Of a stretch of DNA of 64,000 bases, positions 8,685 through 24,441 are shown piece by piece. The notes under the pieces were generated by a model, which did not search any database, had not been told where the DNA came from, and was given only the letters and a program-made list of their open reading frames with translations. The DNA is from an uncultured bacterium (lineage in GTDB: Bacteria; Babelota; Babeliae; Babelales; Babelaceae): contig OY970209.1 of assembly GCA_963713855.1 (NCBI GenBank), positions 640,001 to 704,000 of the forward strand, in the 5' to 3' direction. Both the position numbers and the translations under genes were made by a program. Position 1 is the first letter of the stretch. Every line of letters starts with the position of its first letter.

Positions 8685-11600
8685 ATGTCTAGCTTGCGTG
8701 CACGTAGAGATACTATTCGTCGATCTTTTGGGAAGATCAAAGATATCGTTCCCGTTCCTAACTTGATTGAGATTCAGTCTCGTTCTTTTAATGAATTTGC
8801 TCAGCTTGACTATTTGCCTGCCGAACGGCAAGCAATGGGTCTTGAAAAAGTCTTTAGGGATATATTCCCTATAGACTACGCCGATAAAATGTCTCTTGAG
8901 TACGTGAGCTATGAGCTGGGAAACTGGGCATGTATTTGTGGCAAGGTGACAGGTATAGCTAATCGTTATACCTGGGTATGCTCCGCTTGTAAACGCTCAG
9001 ATTGTTCTCGGCTTGATGCGAAACATACCTGTACTTTTTGTCATAAAAATACAGCGCGGTATAAAACGTGTCCGAACTGCTTGACGCGCGTTACTATTAA
9101 GCTACCGTTAACACTTGATGAGTGTCGTTCAAGTGAACAGACTTTTTCGATGCCGCTACGTGTGACGATGCAGCTTATTACCTGGGATGTTAATGAAGCG
9201 GGGGTCAAAGCTGTTCGCGACATAAAAGAGCAGGATATCTTTTTTGCTGATATCCCTGTCATGGTTGATCTGTACGAAGAGAATAATCGGATATTGCTTG
9301 GTAACTTGGGAACTTTTCTTATCAATGGCGTTGACCGCGTTATTGTAAGCCAGCTTCACCGTTCACCAGGTGTTATTTTTTCGCATAGCAAAAAAATAAA
9401 AGATATACGGGGCAAACCTTACTATCTAGCTCGCATGATTCCTATGCGTGGTTCATGGATTGACTTCGAGTTTGACAATAACGATTATCTCTATGTTCGT
9501 ATTGATAAAAAGAAAAAGATTTTAGTAACCACCTTTTTACAAGCGCTGGGTATTGATCGCAATAAAATAATACCGTTATTTTATCGTTTTGATCGTGTCC
9601 AACTCGCAGAAGGGGAATATACTCAACGTCTTGACGATACGCTTCTTGGATTGCGTATTGAAAAAGGCATGACCGGTCTTAAAGATGAGGAAAGCTTAGT
9701 TGGTCGCCGGATCACTAAAGAGCTTCTAGCACGTCTTAAAAAAGCGGGTGTTGAGTATCTTATCTTACGAAAAAGTAATTTGATTAACCGTATCGTGGGA
9801 GCTGATGTTATCGATCCTAAGACGGGTGAGATTTTACTTGAAACGGGTACTGTACTGACTGAAGAGACACTCGAGCAGCTTCAAAAACATCCTAAGCTTG
9901 AAGTTGATCTTATTTCGTCATCTGGGTATGTTTTACAGCCTACAATCGTATTGACGCTCAGCCAGGATAAAGCGCAAAACCAAGAGGATGCTTTACGTGA
10001 GCTACATACCAAAATGTGGCCGGGGGATGGTGCGTCCGTTGCTGAAGCGAAGGAGCATATTGAAAATCTCCTATTCAATCCCCGTTTATATGATTTAACG
10101 CGTGTTGGCCGTATTCGTGTTAACCGTAAGCTTGGGCTATCGACGCCTGACAACGTTCTTACCTTAACGGTGGAAGATATCGTTGCAACAGTAAGATACC
10201 TTGTTAACTTGCGTGAGCGGGGCGAAGGTGAACTTGATGATATCGATCATTTGGGTAATCGTCGTGTTCGCTTGGTTGGTGAATTACTCACAAATCAGGT
10301 GTATTTGGGACTTTTACGCATTGAGCGTATCGTTCGCGAGCGCTTCAGGCTTCAGGAAACACATACCGCATTAATGCCCCAGGATTTTCTTAATGTGAAG
10401 CCCTTAAGTGCCGTGCTTCGTGAATTTTTTGGTACTGGCCAATTGTCTCAATCGATGGATCAGACAAACCCACTTGCTGAAATTGCTCATAAAAGGCGAT
10501 TATCTGCGCTTGGGCCCGGCGGTGTTATGAAAGATCGTGCAACGTACGAGATTCGTGACGTGCATACGTCGCACTATGGGCGTATTTGCCCTATCGAAAC
10601 GCCTGAAGGTCAGACGATTGGTTTGATTTCTTCCCTTGCTACATACGCATTTGTCAACGATCTTGGGTTTATTGAGACTGCGTATCGCCCCGTTATTGAT
10701 GGGGTAGCGCAGGATAAAGCTGTGTTTTTGGACGCTTTTGAAGAAAGCAGTCAATATATAGCACAGGCAGATGCTTTACAAGATAGCCAAAAAGGTGAGA
10801 AAAAGCCGGTATTTGCCCGTCATCATGGAAACTTCATGTATGTCGATGCGGACCGTATTAACTTCGTTGATCTTTCTTCAAAGCAATTGGTTTCTGTAGC
10901 AACAGCGCTCATACCTTTTCTTGAGCATGACGATGCAAGCCGTGCATTGATGGGCGCAAACATGCAACGGCAAGCGGTACCGCTTATTAAAACGCAGCCA
11001 CCTCTAGTGGGAACCGGCATGGAAAAAGAGATCGCCTATGCTTCAGGTGCGTGTATCGGTGCAAAACGATCAGGCATTGTTGACTACGTATCGGCTGAAA
11101 AAATTGTCGTACGTGCTAACGAGGACGCGTTTAAAAATACCGAAGACTGGATTTCCCAAGGTGTTGATATTTACCATCTTCGTAAATTCCAACGCTCAAG
11201 TTACAGTACCTGGATTCATCAGACACCTATTGTAAAAACGGGTGATCATGTTGAAGCCAATGATCTTCTTACCAATGCTGCTTCGATTAATAATGGCGAG
11301 CTATCGCTTGGTGCTAACCTATTAGTTGCCTTTATGCCTTGGAACGGCTACAACTTTGAGGACGCTATTGTTCTTAACGAGCGGCTTGTGGCTGAAGACG
11401 TGTTGTCATCGGTACACATCGACGAATATGTAGCTGATGCGCGTGAGACAAAGCTCGGACCTGAGGAAATTACGCGCGATATACCAAACGTCAGCGAGGT
11501 TGCGCTTGCGGGACTTGATGAAGATGGTATTGTGCGTGTTGGTACGCGTGTTCGCCCCGGCGATATTCTTGTCGGTAAGGTAACCCTTAAAGGTGATGTG

Positions 11601-13000
11601 CAGTATTCTCCTGAGGAAAAGCTTCTACGGGCTATTTTTGGTGAAAAGTCCCGTGAAGTGAGAGACACGTCCTTACGTGTTCCGCCGGGCGTTGAGGGAA
11701 CCGTCATAGACGTGAAGGTTTTTTCACGAAGCGGTGTTCGTAAAGACAAGCGCTATAAGGAGTTTGTTGCTCAAGAAACTGCACGTCTGCAGTCTGAGTT
11801 TATGATGTATCATCGTTCGCTCCAAAAAATGGTTAGTGAGAAAATAATTGATGAGCTTGCTGGTAAAGAGCCGCAGGCTAAAACGTCATCTAAGCTTCTA
11901 ACAAAAGGTGTCTTTGATAAAGCAAAAATAGCTGAGTTGCCATTTGAGGAACTTATAGCCTTAAAAGCTTCTGAAAAAGAAGACGAATACCTTTATTGAA
12001 GGGCTTAAAAGCACTTTCGAAAATCAGCTTCGGATACTTGCAGGCTTACAAGAAGAAAAAATTGATAAGCTCAAGCGTGGTGACCCGCTTCCATCTGGAG
12101 TTATTAAGATGGTCAAGGTGTATATCGGCATGAAAAGGCCAATTCAGGTTGGCGATAAGCTTGCAGGCCGTCATGGTAACAAGGGTGTGGTTTCTATTAT
12201 AGTCCCTCGTGAAGACATGCCATTTTTGGATGATGGTACGGCCGTAGATATTGTGCTTAACCCGATTGGTGTTCCTTCGCGTATGAACGTTGGTCAGATT
12301 TTAGAATCGATTTTAGGTATAGCTGGCCGTGCTTTAGGAAAGCAGCTTGAGTATCTCATGGAAACTGCCGGTTATGAGGACGTTAAAAAGCGCCTTGAGC
12401 ATTACTATGGTACTCAGTTGATTAAGCACTACGAGGCGCACCATGGTAAGGATGGTATTAGAGAGCTTGCTATGCAAACAGCGCGGCGCGGTGTGTTTTA
12501 TAAGACGCCTGTTTTTGATAGCGGGACATTTGAAGGTGATATAAAGCCTCTCTTACAAGAAAGCAGGCTTCCGCTTACGGGAACTTTTAGGCTCCGTGAT
12601 GGCAGGACGAACGAGTATTTTGACCAAAAGGTTACCGTTGGCGAGATTTACATGATGAAACTGAACCATATGGTTGATGATAAGCTACATGGTCGATCTG
12701 TTGGTCCTTATTCGCTTGTCACGCAGCAACCTCTTGGTGGTAAAGCACAGATGGGAGGTCAGCGTTTTGGGGAAATGGAAGTCTGGGCGTTAGAAGCATA
12801 CGGAGCTGCATACATGCTTCAGGAAATGTTGACGATAAAGTCTGACGATGTTGCTGGTCGGCATAAGGTCTATGAAGCGATTGTCCGTGGTGAAGATGTT
12901 CCTGAGCCAGGGTTACCTGAATCCTTTAACGTGTTGATTAAAGAATTACAAAGCTTGGCTGTACGAGTTGATCTCTTTAAGAGCAGCAAGGAGGATGTTG

Positions 13001-13008
<8 letters not shown>
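8685..13008 (+). CDS. rpoB: RNA polymerase beta subunit (one +1 frameshift near 11975, probable sequencing error)
   Basis: [56 protein letters not shown]; ORFs 8685..11999 and 12109..13008 join if one A is removed from TCTGAAAAAGAAG. Confidence 0.97.
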
Positions 13009-17085
<4,077 letters not shown>

Positions 17086-17094
17086 AAAAAAGAC

Positions 17095-17169
17095 AGGCGC
17101 GTAGCTCAGAGGCAGAGCACTGCTTTGACGTAGCAGGGGTCAGCGGTTCAAATCCGCTCGCGCCTACCA
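17095..17169 (+). tRNA. tRNA-Val(GAC)
   Basis: AGGCGCG...CGCGCCT acceptor, CTGCT-TTGACGT-AGCAG anticodon arm, CCA end. Confidence 0.96.
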
Positions 17170-17190
17170 AACATAAGAGAGGTTTTTTGG

Positions 17191-17457
17191 ATGGTTAATC
17201 CGGAACGTAAAAGAAACGTTATGCAAGATTACCGCGTCAACGATAAAGATACTGGTTCAATAGAACTACAAGTAGCTATGCTTACTGATCGTATCAACAT
17301 GCTTAATAAGCATCTGAGTGATAATAAACATGATTATTCATCACAAGTTGGGCTTATGAAGCTTGTTGGTAGGCGTAGACGCTTTTTGAGGTATCTAGCA
17401 CGCACAAATCCTGTAACGTATAAAAATATTATTGAACGTTTAGGGCTACGCGCTTAA
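17191..17457 (+). CDS. rpsO: 30S ribosomal protein S15
   Basis: DTGSIELQVAMLT, GLMKLVGRRRRFLRYL, LGLR. Confidence 0.98.
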   Translation: MVNPERKRNVMQDYRVNDKDTGSIELQVAMLTDRINMLNKHLSDNKHDYSSQVGLMKLVGRRRRFLRYLARTNPVTYKNIIERLGLRA

Positions 17458-17498
17458 GATAGTTTTACGACACTTACTGTAGCCATAGGTTTATAGGA

Positions 17499-19577
17499 AT
17501 GATAGAAAAAAAATTTAGATTTGAAGACGCAGGGTATGAAGTAACGCTTGGCAAGTTTGCTCAACAAGCAGATGGTGCGGCATGGATTCAACAGGGAGGT
17601 ACGATTGTTCTTGCAACGGTCGTTTCTACTCCGGCCAAGGAATTTCCCGGCTTCCTGCCTTTGACCGTTGATTACCGTGAGCTTTTTTCGGCCGCTGGTA
17701 AAATCCCAGGTGGATATTTTAAGCGTGAAGGTAAGTTTACCGATAAAGAGGTCTTAACTGCTCGCCTTATTGATCGGGCTATAAGGCCTCTTTTTCCTGT
17801 TAACTTTTTTAACCAGGTTCAAATTCTTGCAACAGTATATTCTGTTGATAAAGAGCATATGCCTCACGGCCTTGCTCTGCTTGCAAGCTCGATCGCGTTG
17901 ATGAGTTCTAAAATCCCTTTTTTGGGTCCTGTGGGTATAGCTGAAGTTGCTCGTGTCAAAGGCAGCTGGGTTGTAAATCCAACCTATCCTCAAACACTTG
18001 AAGCGACAGCAAAAATCATGGTTGCTGGTACTGAAGAAGGTATCTGTATGGTTGAGGGATCTGCTCACGACATAGAGGAAGCAGAGTTTCTCGATGTTCT
18101 TTTTATGGCCCATGAAGTGGTGAAAAAGCAAGTTGAATGGCAAAAGAAGATCACTAATGAGATGCAGGTTCCTAAAGAAGAGATTGTCGATCAGTTTGAC
18201 TGGAAGGAATGGAAAGAGCGTGCTCAAGTTTTCTTGACTGAAGAAAAAGCACGCGCATTTTTCAATGCCGATAAAATTGTTCGCAACGAAGTACTCAGTA
18301 ACCTTCAAACTGAATTCTTGACGATGCATAGTGAAAGCGTTGAGCAAGAAACTGTATCAGATACTTTTCTAAAATATATTTTCGACGAAGTCTGGGAAGA
18401 AAAGATTACAGCGCTTACCTTTAAGCTTGGCCACAGATTTGATTTACGTGCTTTTGATCAAGTGCGACCTATTAGTGTTGAAGTTGGTCTTCTTCCCTTT
18501 ACGCATGGCTCATCATTATTTACACGTGGCCGTACGCAAGCTTTAACGAGTGTAACGTTGGGCGGTGGTTCTGAAGAGTTTAAGTTTGAAGGTCTCATGG
18601 GCGATTTGCCTGATGGTATGTTCTTACTGCATTATAACTTTTTACCATTTTCCGTTGGCGAAATAAAACCTATGAGAGCTCCTGGCCGTCGTGAGGTTGG
18701 GCATGGGCACTTAGCGGCTTCTGCTATTAGACAAGTCTTACCAGCAAAAGATGAGTTTCCCTACGTGCTTCGTATTGTTGCGGATATTTTAGAGTCTGAT
18801 GGATCGAGTTCTATGGCTACTGTGTGCGGTAGCACTATGGCACTTATGGATGCCGGTGTTCCTATTCGCACAATGGTCAGTGGTGTTGCTATGGGCCTAT
18901 TACGTGGAACGGATGGTACTTTTAAAGTATTGACCGATATTTCGGGCAGCGAAGATTCTTTTGGTCTTATGGATTTTAAGCTGGCAGGTACTGCCACAGG
19001 CATTGTTGCTATTCAAATGGATGTTAAGTATCGCGGTGGCCTTAAACGAGAAGTTTTTGAGCTAGCTTTAGAGGCTGCAAAAAAAGGTCGTCTTCATATC
19101 TTAGATAAAATGAAGACTGTACTGAGTGCGCCTCGTAAAGAGCTTTCCGATCTTGTTCCTCGGTTTGTGACAGTCAAGGTACCTAAAGAGAAAATTGGTG
19201 CTATTATCGGAACGGGTGGTAAAGTTATTAGAGAGATTACTGAAAAAACATCTACCACTATTGATATTGAAGATACTGGGCTTATAAAGATTTTTGGCCA
19301 ACCGGGGCCTACGCTTGATGCTGCAGTAGCGTGGGTTAAACTGCTAGGTGGTAATGTTGAAAGAGGTGCTCGCTATGAAGGTAAGGTAAGGCGTATTGCT
19401 GATTTTGGCCTTATTGTTGAGCTTGTGCCGGGAGTTGATGGCCTTGTGCACATTTCAACGATACCACGTAAAGACCAAGAATCTATAATGCGCAATACTC
19501 AATTGAACGATACGGTTAATGTTGAAATCATAGATCATGATCCTGAGACGGGTCGTATTCGCTTAAAGTTTGTGTAG
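17499..19577 (+). CDS. pnp: Polyribonucleotide nucleotidyltransferase
   Basis: FLPLTVDYRE, GKIPGGYFKREG, RREVGHG, GSSSMATVCG, followed by KH and S1 domains. Confidence 0.98.
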   Translation: MIEKKFRFEDAGYEVTLGKFAQQADGAAWIQQGGTIVLATVVSTPAKEFPGFLPLTVDYRELFSAAGKIPGGYFKREGKFTDKEVLTARLIDRAIRPLFPVNFFNQVQILATVYSVDKEHMPHGLALLASSIALMSSKIPFLGPVGIAEVARVKGSWVVNPTYPQTLEATAKIMVAGTEEGICMVEGSAHDIEEAEFLDVLFMAHEVVKKQVEWQKKITNEMQVPKEEIVDQFDWKEWKERAQVFLTEEKARAFFNADKIVRNEVLSNLQTEFLTMHSESVEQETVSDTFLKYIFDEVWEEKITALTFKLGHRFDLRAFDQVRPISVEVGLLPFTHGSSLFTRGRTQALTSVTLGGGSEEFKFEGLMGDLPDGMFLLHYNFLPFSVGEIKPMRAPGRREVGHGHLAASAIRQVLPAKDEFPYVLRIVADILESDGSSSMATVCGSTMALMDAGVPIRTMVSGVAMGLLRGTDGTFKVLTDISGSEDSFGLMDFKLAGTATGIVAIQMDVKYRGGLKREVFELALEAAKKGRLHILDKMKTVLSAPRKELSDLVPRFVTVKVPKEKIGAIIGTGGKVIREITEKTSTTIDIEDTGLIKIFGQPGPTLDAAVAWVKLLGGNVERGARYEGKVRRIADFGLIVELVPGVDGLVHISTIPRKDQESIMRNTQLNDTVNVEIIDHDPETGRIRLKFV

Positions 19578-19586
19578 AGAAGGAAT

Positions 19587-20405
19587 ATGCAAAAACAGAA
19601 AAGCGGTGTTCGCGCAGGAAACCGCTTGTATGACCAGCTACGATCACTAAAAGTCACCTATGGGATTTATCCCTACGCTGCCGGCTCAACTCTTTTTGAA
19701 CTTGGCAACACTAAAGTGTTGTGTGCTGTGACCTTGCAAAGTGGTGTTCCACACTTTTTAAGGGGAAAAAAGACTGGCTGGCTAACGGCGGAATACTCTT
19801 TACTGCCAACTGCAACGCCGATGCGAACAGTACGCGAAATTACTGCAAATAGGCGTAGTGGTCGCGTTATTGAGATATCTCGGCTTATTGGGCGTTCTTT
19901 AAGAGCAATTGCTGATTTAAGTGTTTTAGGTGAGCAAACTATTTTTATCGATTGTGATGTACTGCAAGCGGATGGTGGAACTCGAACTGCATCTATTACG
20001 GGAGCCTATCTTGCTTTGCGTGCAGCGCAAGCGCGTTGGGCTTCTCAGGGTATTCTCGGATCGCCTTCGTTATTACGCGATGAGTTAGCTGCTGTATCGG
20101 TTGGCTCGGGCGCAAAGGGTCCGCTTTTGGACATGGATTTTGCTGAAGACAGCATTATCGATGCTGATTATAATTTTGTGCTTACACGCTCAGGCAAGGT
20201 TGTTGAAATTCAGGGATCTGCCGAAAGGTCCGCTATTAGTTGGGACGAGTATGGAGAAATGCGAGAGCTTGCTCTTCAAGGCGCGCATGAGCTCTTCTTC
20301 TTTTACGACACGTATGCTGTTCCCCAGGAGCAGCAGTATTTAGCATCAACGCCATTTGTTTTTTCTTCTTTTTCTAGCCCACTCATTTGTGACGATCGTC
20401 CATGA
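19587..20405 (+). CDS. rph: Ribonuclease PH
   Basis: GWLTAEYSLLP, GRVIEISRLIGRSLR, DCDVLQADGGTRTASITGA. Confidence 0.96.
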   Translation: MQKQKSGVRAGNRLYDQLRSLKVTYGIYPYAAGSTLFELGNTKVLCAVTLQSGVPHFLRGKKTGWLTAEYSLLPTATPMRTVREITANRRSGRVIEISRLIGRSLRAIADLSVLGEQTIFIDCDVLQADGGTRTASITGAYLALRAAQARWASQGILGSPSLLRDELAAVSVGSGAKGPLLDMDFAEDSIIDADYNFVLTRSGKVVEIQGSAERSAISWDEYGEMRELALQGAHELFFFYDTYAVPQEQQYLASTPFVFSSFSSPLICDDRP

Positions 20406-21355
20406 ATCTTTCGAATCTTGTAGATGCTTTAAGGCAACAAGGCTCTTTAGAGACAGTTACCGTTTTCTGGTCAAAGGGGCTCAATCAGTCTCCTTTTTGT
20501 ACATATCTTTTTGTTGACCGCTTATCCCGTTTTTTAGGCAGAGAGATCAAGCACTTTTCCCTTGGAGACCTTTCTTTGAACGATATACAAGCGCAGCTTG
20601 CTACATCATTTTTAGGTACTGCAAGGCTTTATTGGGTCAAAGACGTCGATGAGCTTTCTGCGGCCGATAGAAAGCATCTTGAATCAATTATAAGTGCTTA
20701 TAAGGGTCCCCATACACTTTTGTATACGACCGATCAGGAGCCAAGCAAAGGTGCACATTCAGGCCTACGGGTACTAAGGTTTGATGAAAAAATTACCGCT
20801 CTTAATTACCCTTACTTGTATGAGCTTATTCACAGTTCTCCTTTTACCCCAACTGATTTTTCCAAAAAGATGTTTGAAAAATGTAAGGCTATCGACGTTG
20901 ATACTGCATGTATGCTTACATATTACCAGAGTATGCTAGGCCGCCAGGCGGAGCAGTTTTTAGGGACGTGGCTCTCGCGCATTGTTCGGCAGGAGTACTC
21001 TCTTTTTGAGCTGAGTAAATATTTTTTTGCAAAGGATTATGCCGCATTCTTGGGTTTATGGAAGCAGGTTTTCATGCTCTATCCCCCTGAATTTTGGATA
21101 GTGTATTGGTCTGACCAGTTATGGCAAGCGCTTTCTTTTATAGTATGTCAAGAACAGAAACTTAAAGCGCCATCATATCGTTTGCCGTTCTCGTTTACTC
21201 AACAGGGCTTTAGAAAATATAAGACGCCTGAACTCGTAAGAGCTCATTCGTTTATCTATGCATTCGACTATGCTTTTAAGCACGGGTCGGTTACATCAAA
21301 CGCTGGAATGGAACTTTTTTGCTTAAAATTTTTATCCGGTGGATTTGGCCCGTAA
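20402..21355 (+). CDS. holA: Probable DNA polymerase III delta subunit (divergent)
   Basis: Length ~320 aa; ATSFLG..RLYWVK resembles the HolA S-LF motif; C-terminal D.AFKHG..T...MELF resembles the HolA end; overlaps rph stop. Confidence 0.55.
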   Translation: MNLSNLVDALRQQGSLETVTVFWSKGLNQSPFCTYLFVDRLSRFLGREIKHFSLGDLSLNDIQAQLATSFLGTARLYWVKDVDELSAADRKHLESIISAYKGPHTLLYTTDQEPSKGAHSGLRVLRFDEKITALNYPYLYELIHSSPFTPTDFSKKMFEKCKAIDVDTACMLTYYQSMLGRQAEQFLGTWLSRIVRQEYSLFELSKYFFAKDYAAFLGLWKQVFMLYPPEFWIVYWSDQLWQALSFIVCQEQKLKAPSYRLPFSFTQQGFRKYKTPELVRAHSFIYAFDYAFKHGSVTSNAGMELFCLKFLSGGFGP

Positions 21356-21452
21356 AGGAGATAACCAGAGTTTTATCTACTCATCTTGCAATTTCAAAGT
21401 AATGAAGTAATACTATCCTCAAACGATTTTTTTTGATGTTAAAGGAAAAAGT

Positions 21453-21636
21453 AATGACTTTTAAAGGTATGATTCTGACGGGCTGCACGCTTATAGTTTT
21501 GGTGGCCGGCGTGGCGCTTATAACAAAAAACCGCACACTTTTTGCCAAAAATGAAAAGAAAGCTATGTGCAATGACTGTCCATGCGGCCCAAACTGTTCA
21601 TGTAACCCTTGTAACTGCAAGAAGGTGAAAACCTAA
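21453..21636 (+). CDS. Small membrane-anchored metallothionein-like protein
   Basis: One hydrophobic helix followed by CNDCPCGPNCSCNPCNCKK. Confidence 0.65.
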
Positions 21637-21665
21637 TCTAGGGTGGGCTTTGGGTTAAAAAAAAT

Positions 21666-22493
21666 ATGCGAAAAATCTTTAAGCTAATTTGCTTATTGGG
21701 TGTAGCTACCTGTATGTCTGCTCAAGGGACCGAAGAGATAGCTCATAGAAAGCTTGCGAGCGGGATTATATCTGCGACCGGAGCTTTTGCATCAGTAGCT
21801 TTGGCAAAGAGTCCTAAATTAAGCGAAAAGGGACTATCGTTTCTCGGTTTTAACCTGGACGAAGCTCAAACACTCATAAACCTTTTTACGGTTTTGAACA
21901 GCTTAGAATTGCTTGGCTTTAAAACACTAGATTGGTTGCCCGTTCTTGCTATGGCTATAGGCATAATAAAGTTATCTAATTATGCAAAACATTCTTTTGG
22001 TGATGTAATACCGCCTTCGATGCAAAAATATGTAGCGCTTGCAGTAGCCTTTCAGTTTATTACCCTTTTTAGTGCTTTGAAGCTTTTTGAAATCGAAGGG
22101 CGGGTGTCTAAAGCGATGTCTGATTTTATGGGAATGTTTTTCGCTATATTCGGGGCTTTTAAGCTCATGGATTATCAGGCTTTTGTAAATAAGTATAAAG
22201 AATACGACCTTATTGCGATGCGAAGTGCCATCTATGCCCAGATGTACCCCTTTATCGAAATAGCCCTTGGCAGTATGTATCTGAGCAACGTTTCCGGACG
22301 ACTCATTAACATCTTGACTACGATACTTTCTACTGTTGGAGTTTTGAGTGCATTGAGAAAAATACGAAGTGGTTCCCATTGTTGCGAATGTAAATGCATG
22401 GGCTCAGCTCTTAATGTTCCGGTCGGTCTGGTTACCGTTAGCGAAAATGTCATCATGCTAGCTATGGCTCTTGTGATGATCTTTGGCGAGTAA
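21666..22493 (+). CDS. MauE/DoxX-like membrane protein
   Basis: FMGMFFAIFGAFKLMDYQAF..Y.EYDLIA, YPFIEIALG, CxCMGS..NVP....TVSEN; multiple TM helices. Confidence 0.75.
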   Translation: MRKIFKLICLLGVATCMSAQGTEEIAHRKLASGIISATGAFASVALAKSPKLSEKGLSFLGFNLDEAQTLINLFTVLNSLELLGFKTLDWLPVLAMAIGIIKLSNYAKHSFGDVIPPSMQKYVALAVAFQFITLFSALKLFEIEGRVSKAMSDFMGMFFAIFGAFKLMDYQAFVNKYKEYDLIAMRSAIYAQMYPFIEIALGSMYLSNVSGRLINILTTILSTVGVLSALRKIRSGSHCCECKCMGSALNVPVGLVTVSENVIMLAMALVMIFGE

Positions 22494-22732
22494 GGAATAG
22501 ACCAAAGAATAATAAGGATCCCTTTACGGTGGTATTTTTGCTCATAGATTTTTCAGCAAGCCTGAACTTTTTATAAGGATCGAACGTTGATGTGGCTATT
22601 TCAACAAGGTTTTTTTCTTAAACCATCGACTGTTATCGGTGAGAAATGTCTAAATTATTAATGGTTTATTCTGCCATACCTGGAATTTTATGCTATTTTG
22701 TCTCAAGTGCTTAATCAGCACAGAGAATAGCG

Positions 22733-22830
22733 TTGATTTTAAGAGACCTAACAGATGCGCACGACCGCTTTAGCAAATTTCCAGTGATTGGTATTTTTGG
22801 TTCTCGCCAATCGAGAGAAAACCACTCAGG
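22733..22830 (+). pseudogene. 5' remnant of an AAA_14/DUF4143-type ATPase
   Basis: Hand translation MILRDLTDAHDRFSKFPVIGIFGSRQS, then shifted KTT: a decayed GxRQxGKTT Walker A. Confidence 0.55.
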
Positions 22831-23050
22831 TGGCACGACATGCCGATATCAAAGACTGCGTGCTTGTGCTCGTAATATTTAGCGAATTCACCTGACACGT
22901 GAACGAAAAATTGATGAATTTTTAGCAGACTAAGTGTCTCAAAATAAGCAACAATTAAGCAATAAGAACATAAAGAAATTTTTTAAGAGCTCTTTTATTG
23001 TGGGTAAGTGAAAAAGTCCTGGAACTTTAGTCTTGGGAGTATTTTGATCA

Positions 23051-23278
23051 TTAACTTCTTAAGACAGCATCCATCGAGAAATCTGGGAAAAGTTGCTTAA
23101 CTTTCGAAATAATTTTCAAGTTTGGATTACACTTTATAGATTCAAGCCTTTGATAGCTATAGATTTGTTCAAAACCCATTCTTCTTGCCGCTTCCTTTTG
23201 AGTAAGTCCGCTCAAAATTCTGCATCTTCTCACTTGCAATGAAAAAGCCATTTCGGGATCAACTTCAATGGCAACCAA
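23051..23278 (-). pseudogene. C-terminal XRE-HTH part of a HicB-like antitoxin
   Basis: IEVDPEMAFSLQVRRCR..GLTQKEAARRMG..SYQRLE...NPNL; N-terminal HicB domain absent and no toxin nearby. Confidence 0.6.
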
Positions 23279-23368
23279 AGATCGTAGACGATAGCTCTAG
23301 AAGCCTTAAAGAGGAGATGTGCGATTTTAATCTTACGAACATTCTTGGGCTTTTATAATGTTTCGGAT

Positions 23369-24441
23369 TCAGGTGCACGTAAATACATCTATATCGTTAT
23401 CAACTCCGCCAACAAAAAAGGATTCAGTCGGCGAATAGGCGATCGAGCTCATTAATTTTGGGTGCTCTTCGCTCAGCGGATAGCTACCATCTAGTGTAAG
23501 CACTCCCTGGTTACTTACTTTGAACAAAGTGATATTAAACGTGATACCATATCGAGAGGAAGCAAAGACGAGGTAATCACTAGCAGGTGAAAAAGATAAA
23601 AGCTTCTCTCCATGATTATACGGAATGTATGATGTAGCTTTGCTTAACTTGCCATCGGGGCTTACGGCAAACATTGTAATACTTGCTCCCTCATCATTGG
23701 CAGTTGCAAGATATCTACCACTCGGGATAAATGCCACTGATTGAGGAACACTAGCATCAGCTGGCAAAGCGTACGAAACAGGCTGACTTAATTTTCCCTC
23801 AAATTCGACCTTAAAAATGGTCACGTTATTCGTCATAAAATTTGACGTTGCAACATATAAACCATTAGGAGAAAATGCAACCGATCCTAAACTGGGACCT
23901 TGATGGGTACTAATGTGGTACCGTAGTTTAATTCCCCCCCTTGTAGCACAATAAAGATGGTTACATCGCCTAGCGGTTCACGAAATAGCCACTGATTTGC
24001 TGTGACAAGATACCTTCCGTCGGGAGAGAGCGCCATCGAAGCGATTGGCGCAGAACCAGGTGGTAAATATGTAATGATAGGATTTACAAGTGCTCCATTA
24101 TCGAGATCAAATGCCACGATATTATAAGAATCTCTATTAGCTGTATAAACATACTTGCCATCAGGCGAAAATACTATCGCCAAGGGAGCCAAACATCCGG
24201 GTGGCAAAGGATACGTCATAGCATTATCAAGGCGACCACCTTGAAGGACATTATAGAGTATAACTGTGTTTGATGATGTATCACAGCTAGCAAGATATTG
24301 GCCATCCGGCGAGAAGGCGATTGCATTTGCTTGCTTAGAACCATATGGCAGAGGATATGAGGTGATATTAAATGAACAATTACCAGCTGCCATTGCAGTT
24401 ACACATACCAATAAGGCACAGATTACGGAAGCTTTTTTCAT
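23369..24441 (-). CDS. Secreted 7-bladed beta-propeller (lactonase/YVTN-like), frameshift near 23895
   Basis: Signal peptide plus SYxLP..AFSPxG.Y..AN repeats; ORFs 23887..24456 and 23369..23836 join through SLGSVAFSPNGLYVATSNF. Confidence 0.8.
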
